From Desulfococcus sp. 4484_241 (GTDB taxonomy: Bacteria > Desulfobacterota > Desulfobacteria > Desulfobacterales > Desulfosudaceae), in contig MZGQ01000005.1 in assembly GCA_002085115.1 (NCBI GenBank), positions 1,818-65,817 on the forward strand: a stretch of DNA of 64,000 nt, given 5' to 3'. The notes under the pieces were generated by a model, which was not told the origin of the DNA, made no database searches, and saw nothing but the letters and a program-made list of their open reading frames with translations. This document shows positions 36,243 through 44,585 of this stretch, piece by piece; the first letter of the stretch is position 1, and every line of letters begins with the position of its first letter. Both the position numbers and the translations under genes were made by a program.

Positions 36243-36856
36243 ATGTTCTTTACCCGGTAATAATGGCCGTGCCAAGCCGGATAGCCGAACTGCCCGTAGC
36301 GGAAAGGCAGGCAGGCCTGAGCGGATGCGCAAGGAAGGCCCTGGCACTGTCTGCAAAAATGGCGTCTTTGCCGCCTCCTCTGACACTTTTAAAAAACGGC
36401 AGGGGCGCTCCGCTTCCGGAAAACGGTGTGTGGTGGTCGATTTCACATAAACCAGGCTACGTTGGAAGTGTGGCTGCCAGACAGAAAATAGGGATAGATG
36501 TCGAAACATTGACACCCAGAGCAGATGCACTGTTTGACAGGGTCGTAACCCCCTTGGAAAAAAACCTTTTCAACCAGGAACGCTGGACTGTTTTCTTCAG
36601 GTGCTGGACCGCCAAGGAAGCGTCTCTCAAGGCTGATGGTGAGGGCATAAGGGGGCTTGACAGGTGCAGGGTGACCTCGGTCCCTGGAGACACTACGCTC
36701 CTTACATCCCTTAACGGAAAGAAACGAACGGTTGAACAGTTGCTCTTCGACGGCCATATTGCATCGATTGCCATGGAGAGAAAACAACGTGTCAAATGGA
36801 TGATCATAAAAAACAGCCTGCCGCGCGACCAGCAACACCAGGCCTCAGACAATTAA
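36239..36856 (+). CDS. Sfp-type 4'-phosphopantetheinyl transferase
   Basis: 205 aa. SISHKPG, IGIDVE, FFRCWTAKEASLKA. The start overlaps the preceding stop (ATGA). Confidence 0.75.
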   Translation: MNVLYPVIMAVPSRIAELPVAERQAGLSGCARKALALSAKMASLPPPLTLLKNGRGAPLPENGVWWSISHKPGYVGSVAARQKIGIDVETLTPRADALFDRVVTPLEKNLFNQERWTVFFRCWTAKEASLKADGEGIRGLDRCRVTSVPGDTTLLTSLNGKKRTVEQLLFDGHIASIAMERKQRVKWMIIKNSLPRDQQHQASDN

Positions 36857-36859
36857 CAC

Positions 36860-36888
36860 TTGACTATATGTCTAATCATCAATAGTAT
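36860..36888 (+). promoter_or_regulatory. Candidate sigma70-type promoter TTGACT-N17-TAGTAT for the USP gene
   Basis: -35 at 36860-36865 and -10 at 36883-36888. An AAAGGAGGG Shine-Dalgarno follows before the GTG at 36938. Confidence 0.4.
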
Positions 36889-36937
36889 AAAAGTTAAGAT
36901 GTTGTAAACATAGGAAACTCAAAAGGAGGGCCGGCCA

Positions 36938-37471
36938 GTGATCCCAAAATTTAAAAAAATCCTTTTCCCTACCGACCTTTCGGAACATGCCCGCTATTCA
37001 TTTAAATATGCGGCAAGCGTTGCAGCACTTTACAAGGCCAGTATAGTGATACTCCATGTCATGGGCGAGGACCCCGCGCGAAGCACCAGGGACATGCTGT
37101 CTGTCTTTCTGGGCAGTGAAAAAATAAAGGAGCTTGAGAAAGAGCGGGATGAGCAGGCCCAAAGTGCAAAGGAACTTCTTATAGGAAAACGCCGTGAAGC
37201 CGATGTGGTAAGGGACGCCCTGGGTATATTTTACAACGAGATGAAAACAGAGCTTCTGAAGGAAAACATCCCGGCAGACGAAATCATCGTTAAAAAGGGT
37301 GATACGGTAAAGGAGATAATAACCGCGGTAAAAGAGCACGGCTGTGATCTTATAGTAATGGGACACGGCAAATATAACGTTCTTGAAGAAGCGGTCCTGG
37401 GGTCAACCACCAAGACCGTTTTGCGCAAAAGTAAAGTACCGGTGCTTGTGATTCCAATGCCGAAAAAATAG
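36938..37471 (+). CDS. Universal stress protein (UspA family)
   Basis: 177 aa. KKILFPTDLSEHARYSFKYA...ASIVILHV...CDLIVMGHGK...GSTTKTVLRKSKVPVLVI. Confidence 0.85.
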   Translation: MIPKFKKILFPTDLSEHARYSFKYAASVAALYKASIVILHVMGEDPARSTRDMLSVFLGSEKIKELEKERDEQAQSAKELLIGKRREADVVRDALGIFYNEMKTELLKENIPADEIIVKKGDTVKEIITAVKEHGCDLIVMGHGKYNVLEEAVLGSTTKTVLRKSKVPVLVIPMPKK

Positions 37472-37585
37472 GGCTTATAACTCCTAAAGAGTTATCCGCG
37501 ATTTTTACCGATCAGACATAATATGACTGACGGCACATGAGCCGTTGGCCGAGGTGAATCCCCATGCAGGTGTTATCGATACCAT

Positions 37586-38389
37586 TTGAACCTGCCTGAC
37601 ACCCCCCGGAACAACCATATGGCGGAGTACCACATAACAATAAGGCTCAACAGGTGGCTGCTGCCGGCAGTGTGCTGCCTTCTGCTTGTCATCGCCGCCG
37701 TAATGGTTTTTCTGTTTGTCGCCTACAGCCAAGGCAAAATCGGTGTCATGGTAAAGCTAAAGGGGCAGCAGCAGATCAAAGTCAGAATGGCGGCTTCGTT
37801 CCCGGTAACGGCCGACATAGACCAGATGCTGAAAATACCTGTAAAAGGCAGGGCATCCCTAAGTGTACCGGTCAACCAGAGTGTTACAGTGCCTTTTAAA
37901 AAGAACCTGACCGTCCCGGTTGAACTCGACACGATGATCCCCATCAATCTTGACGTGCCCCTGAATCTTAAAATACCCATCGATACAAGCGTATTTGTAG
38001 ACACAAGGGTAAAAACATCCGTTCTGGGCATACCACTCACGGTGCCGGTGAAAGGGTATTTCCCGATCAAAGCAACGATACCCGTTGTCCAGATGCTCCC
38101 CATACGGGATAAAATCAAATTGCAACTGAAAACTCCTGTAAAAGCCGCCATAAACGACCATTTTGAGATACCGATTGACACCCTGTTCTCGGTCGATGTT
38201 CCCCTGGACATGATGATAAAGGTCCCGTTCAAGAACCGGGTCATGGCAAACATTTCTTTGGATGGAAAGGTCGTAAACCAGATACCGAACCTATATATCC
38301 TGGACAACACACTGGAGATCGGCCTTGACCAGCTTCGGCTGGTCTGGAGGGACAATCAGAAAATCGGAAAGCAACCGGACAAAGAGTAA
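37586..38389 (+). CDS. Single-pass membrane protein with a repetitive (I/V)P(V/I)-rich beta region; function unknown
   Basis: 267-aa ORF (alternative ATG at 37619). TM helix LLPAVCCLLLVIAAVMVFLFVAY, then about 15 recurrences of xIPVx/xVPVx/xIPIx motifs every 8-14 aa. Confidence 0.5.
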   Translation: MNLPDTPRNNHMAEYHITIRLNRWLLPAVCCLLLVIAAVMVFLFVAYSQGKIGVMVKLKGQQQIKVRMAASFPVTADIDQMLKIPVKGRASLSVPVNQSVTVPFKKNLTVPVELDTMIPINLDVPLNLKIPIDTSVFVDTRVKTSVLGIPLTVPVKGYFPIKATIPVVQMLPIRDKIKLQLKTPVKAAINDHFEIPIDTLFSVDVPLDMMIKVPFKNRVMANISLDGKVVNQIPNLYILDNTLEIGLDQLRLVWRDNQKIGKQPDKE

Positions 38390-38409
38390 AATCAACCGGA
38401 GAAAACATG

Positions 38410-38450
38410 TTGTCCGGTTGGTTTGACATATGAAATGTCTGGTTGGTTAA
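38410..38450 (+). repeat. Copy B of the conserved 41-bp intergenic element, preceded by two inverted CAACCGGA(C/G) half-sites
   Basis: TTGTCCGGTTGGTTTGACATATGAAATGTCTGGTTGGTTAA. Inverted half-sites lie at 38372-38380 and 38393-38401. The element is about 280 nt upstream of the FAD oxidoreductase gene. Confidence 0.8.
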
Positions 38451-38464
38451 TATTGAACAGGTTG

Positions 38465-38539
38465 TTGACAGTGCCCTGGCCCGGCGATACAAATAATCAG
38501 GCACCCACACAATATGGTATTGTCAGGGCATATTGTGTG
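38465..38539 (+). promoter_or_regulatory. Candidate sigma70-type promoter TTGACA-N17-TACAAA followed by a 10-bp inverted repeat (CACACAATAT-N14-ATATTGTGTG)
   Basis: -35 at 38465-38470 and -10 at 38488-38493. The inverted-repeat arms are at 38506-38515 and 38530-38539, followed by TGATAATTTTTTG. Confidence 0.35.
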
Positions 38540-38729
38540 TGATAATTTTTTGAAATGACTCATTTGTTACTTCCTTCCTGATATTGTTTGAACAACTCAG
38601 GTTTGGTCGTAACAATGAATCGTTCAAATGGCTTTGCCATCCGGATTCTGACCTTGCCCAAAGGGCAAGGATTTCTCTGTTCAGATTAAGCAACAAAATA
38701 CAAAAAAAATATATTAAAGGAGCAAAATC

Positions 38730-40076
38730 ATGGAAAAGACAGATGTGCTGGTGATTGGCGGAAGCGCCGCAGGTATTGTAGCTGCTACAACAGGTAAGTC
38801 GTTCAACCCGGACAGGGACTTCTTGGTTGTCCGCAAAGAGAAACAGGTGCTCGTTCCCTGCGGGCTCCCATACATATTCGGGTCGCTTGGCAACAGCGAG
38901 GCAAATCTCATTCCGGATGATGCTATAACCGGAAGCGGCGTAAGGCTCATGGTGGACGAGGTGATTTCCATAGACCAGGAAAATATGGTTTGCGAAACCG
39001 CAACCGGCCAAAAGATAGGGTTTGAAAAGCTTGTGCTGGCCCTTGGTTCCAACCCGGTTACGCCAAAATGGCTGAAAGGGACCGACCTGGAAAACGTGTT
39101 TACAGTACCGAAAAACAAAACAGCCATAGACATCCTTGGTAAAACGCTTGAAAAAAGCAAAAAGGTGGTGGTTATCGGCGGAGGATTTATCGGTGTTGAA
39201 GTTTCAGATGAGATAAACAAGCTTGGCAAAGATGTCACCATAGTCGAGATATTACCCCGCGTGCTTGACGCTGTTTTTGATAAGGAGTTCGCTGTAAAAA
39301 TTGAGGATCTTCTCAAATCCAGGGGAATATGTGTAAAAGCGGGCCGGGGTGTGAAGGAGATCCTGGGAGACGGCAAGGCTTCAGGAGTGCTGCTTGATAA
39401 CGGAGAAAAAATCGAGGCGGACATGGTGATCCTGTCCATGGGCTATCGTCCCAACGTTGCTCTTGCAGAAAAAGCCGGGTTAAAGATTAATGATCTTGGG
39501 TTCATATGTGTGAACGAGTACATGCGCACGAGCAATCCCAATATTTTTGCCGTCGGGGACTGCGCTGAAAAGAGAAGTTTTCTCACGAGAACGCCAAAAG
39601 GAATAATGCTTGCGTCAACCGCCTGTGCGGAAGCCAGAGTCGCCGGCATGAACCTTTATAAACTCTCTGCGGTAAAAACATTTGGAGGGACCATTGCCAT
39701 GTTTTCAACCGCTATCGGAGATACAGGGGTCGGCGTGGCAGGGGTTACCGAAAACCTGGCCAATGAAAGAGGGTTTGATTTTGTCACCGGCACTTTTGAG
39801 GGCGTTGACAAGCACCCCGGAACACTGCCCGGCACCCACAAGCAGATTGTAAAGCTGGTTGTTGCCCGCTCGTCCGGCGTCATAATCGGCGGGGAGGTCA
39901 TGGGCGGACCAAGTACAGGAGAACTGATAAACCTTATCGGCTTTGCCATTCAAAACAGGATGACCGTCATTTCCATGATGACCGCCCAGATCGGAACTCA
40001 CCCGCTGCTTACCGGGCCGCCAACGGCCTATCCGGTGATCAAGGCGGCCGAGGCAGCAGCAAAGAAACTCTGGTGA
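38730..40076 (+). CDS. FAD-dependent pyridine-nucleotide-disulfide oxidoreductase (CoA-disulfide reductase / NADH oxidase class)
   Basis: 448 aa. VLVIGGSAAG (FAD GXGXXG), single redox cysteine in VPCGLPY, VVVIGGGFIGVE (NAD(P)H site), AVGDCA. Confidence 0.8.
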   Translation: MEKTDVLVIGGSAAGIVAATTGKSFNPDRDFLVVRKEKQVLVPCGLPYIFGSLGNSEANLIPDDAITGSGVRLMVDEVISIDQENMVCETATGQKIGFEKLVLALGSNPVTPKWLKGTDLENVFTVPKNKTAIDILGKTLEKSKKVVVIGGGFIGVEVSDEINKLGKDVTIVEILPRVLDAVFDKEFAVKIEDLLKSRGICVKAGRGVKEILGDGKASGVLLDNGEKIEADMVILSMGYRPNVALAEKAGLKINDLGFICVNEYMRTSNPNIFAVGDCAEKRSFLTRTPKGIMLASTACAEARVAGMNLYKLSAVKTFGGTIAMFSTAIGDTGVGVAGVTENLANERGFDFVTGTFEGVDKHPGTLPGTHKQIVKLVVARSSGVIIGGEVMGGPSTGELINLIGFAIQNRMTVISMMTAQIGTHPLLTGPPTAYPVIKAAEAAAKKLW

Positions 40077-40108
40077 CCCGCACATGGAATAGTGCCCATC
40101 GGCGGCAG

Positions 40109-40181
40109 TCGAGCGGAATTGGCCCGGCGCAGAAATTGCCGGAAGTTGGAACGATTTCTGTGCGGGGCAATTCCCGCTCGA
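40109..40181. other. Long imperfect hairpin (about 26 bp paired over 73 nt) between convergent genes
   Basis: TCGAGCGGAATTG pairs with CAATTC(C)CGCTCGA (13 bp, one bulge). CCC pairs with GGG. GCGCAGAAAT pairs with ATTTCTGTGC (10 bp, one G-U). No U-tract follows on either strand. Confidence 0.6.
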
Positions 40182-40327
40182 ACTATGGATATAACTATTT
40201 GCAAAGCATTCGGTGTTTCTGTCGAATCGGTATTGCCGACAAAAGATTCAAAAAGTTGACGCTTCATAAAAACATCAGGGCCCTGTCGGCCGATACCTGG
40301 CAGCCGGGCAACAAGTAAATATGGGCA

Positions 40328-40915
40328 CTATTCGGGATATGTGAATTCAACCTGGTACCATGGGGTTTCAACATCCCACAGGGATACGAAAAAAAACACA
40401 TAATGCAGATAAAGAGGCAGCGTAAGTTTTTCCAGTTCCGCCTTTGCGCTTACAATATATTTTTTTCCTTTTTCAAGAAGGTCTGTTTTGCACAACAAAG
40501 CGCCTCTGATCCGGCACATTTCATCCATGGCCTGCTCAAAAGAATTTGTCACAAACGTTTTCCCGCCGTTCCATGGTTCTGTTACAGTAAACTCCTCCTT
40601 CAGATGATTGTATTTCACGGTATTTGTAAGTTTAAGTTCGGCGATATTTTTATCAAACCAGAGGCCGCGCGGCATTGAAAGTTTGACGATAAACGTAAAG
40701 GTAATCGGCATTCCGCTTTTTACAGCTTCAGTTATCTTTTTGTCCAGCGCACCCTTCACGGTGGTTGAAAAAACCAGATTATCCTGTACTACGTCGACCG
40801 CCGTGCCCTCGAGAATGGCGGTATTGGCCATTGCCACAGGCCCTGAAGTGACAATAAACAGTATGCATACAACCAGTAAGAAAAGGCTGATATTTTTCAA
40901 TCTGTCGCTTTTCAT
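40328..40915 (-). CDS. DUF4390-like secreted protein
   Basis: ATG at 40915. Signal peptide MKSDRLKNISLFLLVVCILFIVTSGPVAMA. ...FTFIVKLSMPRGLWFDKNIAELKLTNTVKYNHLKEEFTV... Confidence 0.5.
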   Translation of the reverse strand: MKSDRLKNISLFLLVVCILFIVTSGPVAMANTAILEGTAVDVVQDNLVFSTTVKGALDKKITEAVKSGMPITFTFIVKLSMPRGLWFDKNIAELKLTNTVKYNHLKEEFTVTEPWNGGKTFVTNSFEQAMDEMCRIRGALLCKTDLLEKGKKYIVSAKAELEKLTLPLYLHYVFFFVSLWDVETPWYQVEFTYPE

Positions 40916-40975
40916 GGCATATCCCCTGGACTGACACATAAACTTTTTGTTAATCCCGGCCTCAAGATATTCGGT

Positions 40976-41869
40976 TTACAGGGCAAGAGCGTTCATGGGC
41001 CTGTCCTGCTGGCCGGGAAATCCTGTTTCCCAGTATTCCTTATGGTTGAATAACGCTTCGAGGAGCCTGTGGTTGAACATGTGCCCCGATTTGCGCGCAA
41101 CCACGTGACCGAGCAGTGGCATGCCAAGCAGTGAAAAATCCCCTATGCAGTCCAGGATCTTGTGCCTTATGAATTCATCCGGGAAGCGCAGCCCCCCTTC
41201 GTTCAGGACCTTTTCCCCCTCTATCACGATGGCGTTTTCCAGGGAGCCGCCGCGTGCGAGCCCGTGCTGTTTCATATATTCATATTCGTGGTAAAACCCG
41301 AATGTTCTGGCCATGCAGATCTCTTTCATAAACAGGTCGCTTTCCACTTTTATGTCCATGGTTTGTTGACCGATAAGGGGATGATCGTAGTCTATGGTAT
41401 AGGAAATCCTGTATAAGGGAGAGGGGTATATCCCCACGGACCTGCCACCATCTTCTATGACTATCGGCTTTTTTATGATAAAAAAGAAACGCTTGGCATC
41501 CTGTTCCACTATGCCTGCCTTGCTTATCGCCTCGGCAAAGGGGAGAGCGCTTCCATCCATGATCGGGACCTCGTACGAGTCCAGCTCGATTACCGCGTTG
41601 TCCACCGACAGGCCTGCGAGGCACGCCAGGATGTGCTCCACAGTTGAAACTATGACCCCGTCTTTACCAAGCACCGTGGCCATGCTGGTGTCTGTAACCA
41701 TCCTGAAAAGAGCCGGAATGGAAGGATGATCCATAAGGTCGGTTCTTACGAACTTTATTCCATGGTTCGGTGGAGCCGGTTTTATGACCATTTTTGCAGG
41801 CTTGCCCGAATGGACACCGACCCCTTCACATTTCACCGGCCCGGCCAGGGTTCGCTGATTATAAAACAT
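40976..41869 (-). CDS. lpxC: UDP-3-O-acyl-N-acetylglucosamine deacetylase
   Basis: MFYNQRTLAGPVKCEGVGVHSG...EHILACLAGLSVDN...GHVVARKSGHMFN. Confidence 0.92.
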   Translation of the reverse strand: MFYNQRTLAGPVKCEGVGVHSGKPAKMVIKPAPPNHGIKFVRTDLMDHPSIPALFRMVTDTSMATVLGKDGVIVSTVEHILACLAGLSVDNAVIELDSYEVPIMDGSALPFAEAISKAGIVEQDAKRFFFIIKKPIVIEDGGRSVGIYPSPLYRISYTIDYDHPLIGQQTMDIKVESDLFMKEICMARTFGFYHEYEYMKQHGLARGGSLENAIVIEGEKVLNEGGLRFPDEFIRHKILDCIGDFSLLGMPLLGHVVARKSGHMFNHRLLEALFNHKEYWETGFPGQQDRPMNALAL

Positions 41870-42045
41870 TATATAGCAATCCCACACCTGTTGTTATAAA
41901 CAGATTATAGCATAACAGTTTCGCCCAAGATACTCCAGCATGTTTCCCTTGTCAATCTCGCAACTTGCAAAAAAACGCAGGCACTGCATCAATCGCGAAG
42001 CCTTTGAAACCTTTAAAAAAGGATCGGCAAACTGAAACAGGACAG

Positions 42046-43710
42046 CTACATCGACTCTGGCGCGGACACGCCAAGCAGGGCCAAACCGTTGCGCATCACC
42101 TGCTTCACTGCACATACCATGTACAATCTTGCCGCGGCCAAACCCACATCCTCCACAAGCACCCTGTGTTTGGCATAGTAGGAATGAAATGCCGCTGCAA
42201 GGTCAAGAAGGTAGAACGTGACCCTGTGGGGCTCAAGGAATCTGGCTGCTGAAAGCACAACTTCCGGGTACCTGGCAAGGGTTTTAACGATTTCCGTTTC
42301 TTCCGGTTCACGCAACCTTTCGAGCTCCGGCGTCCCGGTGTAACCGGATACCATGTTATCATCTTCGGCTTTTCGAAGAATGCTTGCTATCCTGGCATGA
42401 ACATACTGCACGTAATAAACCGGATTCTCGTTACTCTGCTTCTTGGCAAGTTCAAGGTCGAAATCCAGCGGGCTGTCGTAGTGGCGTGAAAGGAAAATGA
42501 ATCTTGCCGCATCCGCACCAACTTCGTCTATTACATCCCGCAGTGTTACGAACTCTCCCGATCTTGTGGACATCGATACCGGCTGCCCTTCCCTGAGCAG
42601 CGCCACCAGCTGGACCAGTATAACATCCAGGGCTTCCGGGCTTTTGCCAAGCGCCTGTATCGCGGCCTTGACCCTTGGGACATAACCGTGGTGATCAGCC
42701 CCCCACACGTCGATCACACGGTCGAAACCCCGATCGAACTTGTTCTTGTGGTAAGCTATGTCTGAGGCAAAATAGGTTTTATCGCCACTGCCCCTCACAA
42801 CTACCCGGTCCTTCTCGTCGCCAAACCTGGATGATGCAAACCAGAGGGCTCCATCCGACTCGTAAACCGCGTCTGCCTCTTGCAAACTTTGCAGTGCGGC
42901 ATCCACATCCCCTGCGTCAACAAGTGATTTCTCGGAAAACCACCGGTCAAAACATACCCCAAAACTGTGCAGGTCATCGCGGATCCCCTCCAGGATGGAT
43001 TCAGCCGCCACCCGCGCGCAAAACTCGATGGCCTGTCCCCCATCCATGCCGGCCAGCTCCTCTCCGTGGCTCTCCCTGAGCCGGCGGGCTATTTCACGTA
43101 TGTAGTCCCCCTGGTAACAATCAGCCGGAAATTCTATACTCTGGCCCTCAAGTTCACGCAGGCGCAAAAGAACCGAACGGCCAAGGGTCATGATCTGGTT
43201 GCCTGCGTCATTGACATAATACTCGCGCTCAACCTGCCAGCCGCACAAAGAAAGGATATTTGCAACACTGTCTCCGACCGCAGCGCCCCTGCCATGTCCG
43301 ACATGAAGCGGGCCTGTCGGGTTGGCACTGACAAACTCAACCTGTACCCGCCTGCCGCGGCCGATATCGCATGCGCCGAACCTTTCGGCAAGGTCATGTA
43401 TATCTTTGAGTACTGAAAGCCAGACCTCGGGCCTGATGAAAAAATTGATAAATCCAGGGCCTGCTATCTCAGCCTTCAGAAGCAGCCCCGACGGGTCGCT
43501 GATCTGACCGACAACGGCCTGGGCTATTTTCCGTGGGGCCATCTTCTGCACAGAGGCTGACACCAACGCCACATTGGTCGCAAAATCGCCGTGTTCACGC
43601 GATCTTGGTTCCTCTATATCGAACTCGGGCAAAGCGGCCGTGGCAAGCAGCCCCTTTTGAAAAGCCGCATCAACAGCCGCAAGAATCATGCTCCGCAGGG
43701 TCTCTTTCAT
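42046..43710 (-). CDS. argS: Arginine--tRNA ligase
   Basis: 554 aa. [16 protein letters not shown] (HIGH), MSTRSGEFV (KMSK-like), and the C-terminal anticodon-binding domain ending ...GVSAPESM. Confidence 0.93.
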   Translation of the reverse strand: MKETLRSMILAAVDAAFQKGLLATAALPEFDIEEPRSREHGDFATNVALVSASVQKMAPRKIAQAVVGQISDPSGLLLKAEIAGPGFINFFIRPEVWLSVLKDIHDLAERFGACDIGRGRRVQVEFVSANPTGPLHVGHGRGAAVGDSVANILSLCGWQVEREYYVNDAGNQIMTLGRSVLLRLRELEGQSIEFPADCYQGDYIREIARRLRESHGEELAGMDGGQAIEFCARVAAESILEGIRDDLHSFGVCFDRWFSEKSLVDAGDVDAALQSLQEADAVYESDGALWFASSRFGDEKDRVVVRGSGDKTYFASDIAYHKNKFDRGFDRVIDVWGADHHGYVPRVKAAIQALGKSPEALDVILVQLVALLREGQPVSMSTRSGEFVTLRDVIDEVGADAARFIFLSRHYDSPLDFDLELAKKQSNENPVYYVQYVHARIASILRKAEDDNMVSGYTGTPELERLREPEETEIVKTLARYPEVVLSAARFLEPHRVTFYLLDLAAAFHSYYAKHRVLVEDVGLAAARLYMVCAVKQVMRNGLALLGVSAPESM

Positions 43711-43742
43711 TGACGGGATATCTCCCCCAAAAATGGTCCCGG

Positions 43743-44162
43743 TCAGGACAGGTCATCACCGCTGCCATCATCATCGACATTATCAAGAGGAATATCGTCA
43801 TCATCAAGCAGGTCATCTATATCGTCTTGTCCATCAAGTTCATCATCGACAAGCATCTCCTCATCCATCATGATAGCCACATCATCCGTAACCACCTCCA
43901 CGGCCTCCTTTTGGGGGTCGTCCAGGAGTTCAAAAATACCGTTTGCAATCTTTTCCGCAATCGATTCGGGTGGAAAAAAATCCTCGGTACGCAGGCAGGC
44001 AACAATATCAGAAACGCCTGATGCAGCAGCTTTTTTTAATGGTTTAATGCTGTAGCGCTTTTCCATGGTCAGGGATGTTTCATTCTTCTCCAGCTCTGCA
44101 AACTCCCTTACAACCAGTTCATCTTTGGAGTCTCCTCTTGAGACAGAAAAAACCTGTTTCAT
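43743..44162 (-). CDS. Hypothetical protein with an extremely acidic C-terminal tail
   Basis: ATG at 44162, 9 nt after [32 protein letters not shown]... ending [34 protein letters not shown]. It is directly upstream of argS. Confidence 0.45.
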   Translation of the reverse strand: MKQVFSVSRGDSKDELVVREFAELEKNETSLTMEKRYSIKPLKKAAASGVSDIVACLRTEDFFPPESIAEKIANGIFELLDDPQKEAVEVVTDDVAIMMDEEMLVDDELDGQDDIDDLLDDDDIPLDNVDDDGSGDDLS

Positions 44163-44585
44163 GACCGTTGTCTCCTTGCAAAGAAAACGATTTACCGTTT
44201 TTGTCACATACTCCAGCCGTACGGCAGCAAAATCAAAATAAAACCCGTGGCCAGACAGCCATACTCAGGGCTGTAAAAGGGCCGCGTCCGGCTTAACCAT
44301 GTTTATCTCCACAGGCAATAGCGCCTGATATTACATTATCACTTCGTAAAACAGCAAGCCCAAAACAGCCGGCCAATAAATCCCAAAGCCTGCCCGACCA
44401 ACACAACCCGGCCCTGTCTTTGCCCTGCAAAAAAGTGGCATTCCACGCCATCGGCAACACGATGGCAAAACTCCTTTAACACGAGCCGGGTTTATAATAG
44501 AATAGAATATGATGTCAATCAAAACAGCAAAAAATGACAAAAAAAACTGCCGGCACGGGTTTTTTTCAAACTTCTTACAATTCCT

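Noticed and set aside
40074-40259. Possible selenocysteine read-through of the FAD-oxidoreductase TGA stop. The frame stays open for 60 more codons. A small hairpin (ATGG-AATAGTGC-CCAT) lies 8 nt after the TGA. The large hairpin follows. selC and selA are in the window, and the gene shares an upstream element with selA.
   Set aside because: The extension (PAHGIVPIGGSRAELARRRNCRKLERFLCGAIPARTMDITICKAFGVSVESVLPTKDSKS) has no recognisable domain or redox motif. It is Arg-rich like out-of-frame GC-rich sequence. The protein is already full length (448 aa) for its family. Sec in this family, where reported, replaces the N-terminal redox Cys, which is a Cys here (VPCGLPY). An open stretch of 60 codons occurs by chance at the several-percent level. 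It would only be worth revisiting if bSECISearch-type tools score the hairpin.
40087-40333. 13-bp perfect inverted repeat GAATAGTGCCCAT (40087-40099) / ATGGGCACTATTC (40321-40333) bracketing the whole intergenic region. This is a MITE-like appearance with the big hairpin inside.
   Set aside because: No target-site duplication flanks the arms. The right arm overlaps the last codons and stop of the DUF4390 gene. A 13-mer with its reverse complement within 300 bp is expected about 0.3 times by chance in a 64-kb window. There is no second copy in the window.
44440-44462. Sigma54-like -24 element (GTGGCATTCCACGCCATCGG) in the 378-bp divergent gap between the acidic-protein gene and the TVP38 gene. 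A poly-A ... poly-T flanked stem lies at about 44540-44570.
   Set aside because: The -12 TTGC element is missing at the required 5-nt spacing. The A/T-flanked stem has only A-T pairs around an 11-nt loop, and it sits in a promoter region where no terminator is expected.
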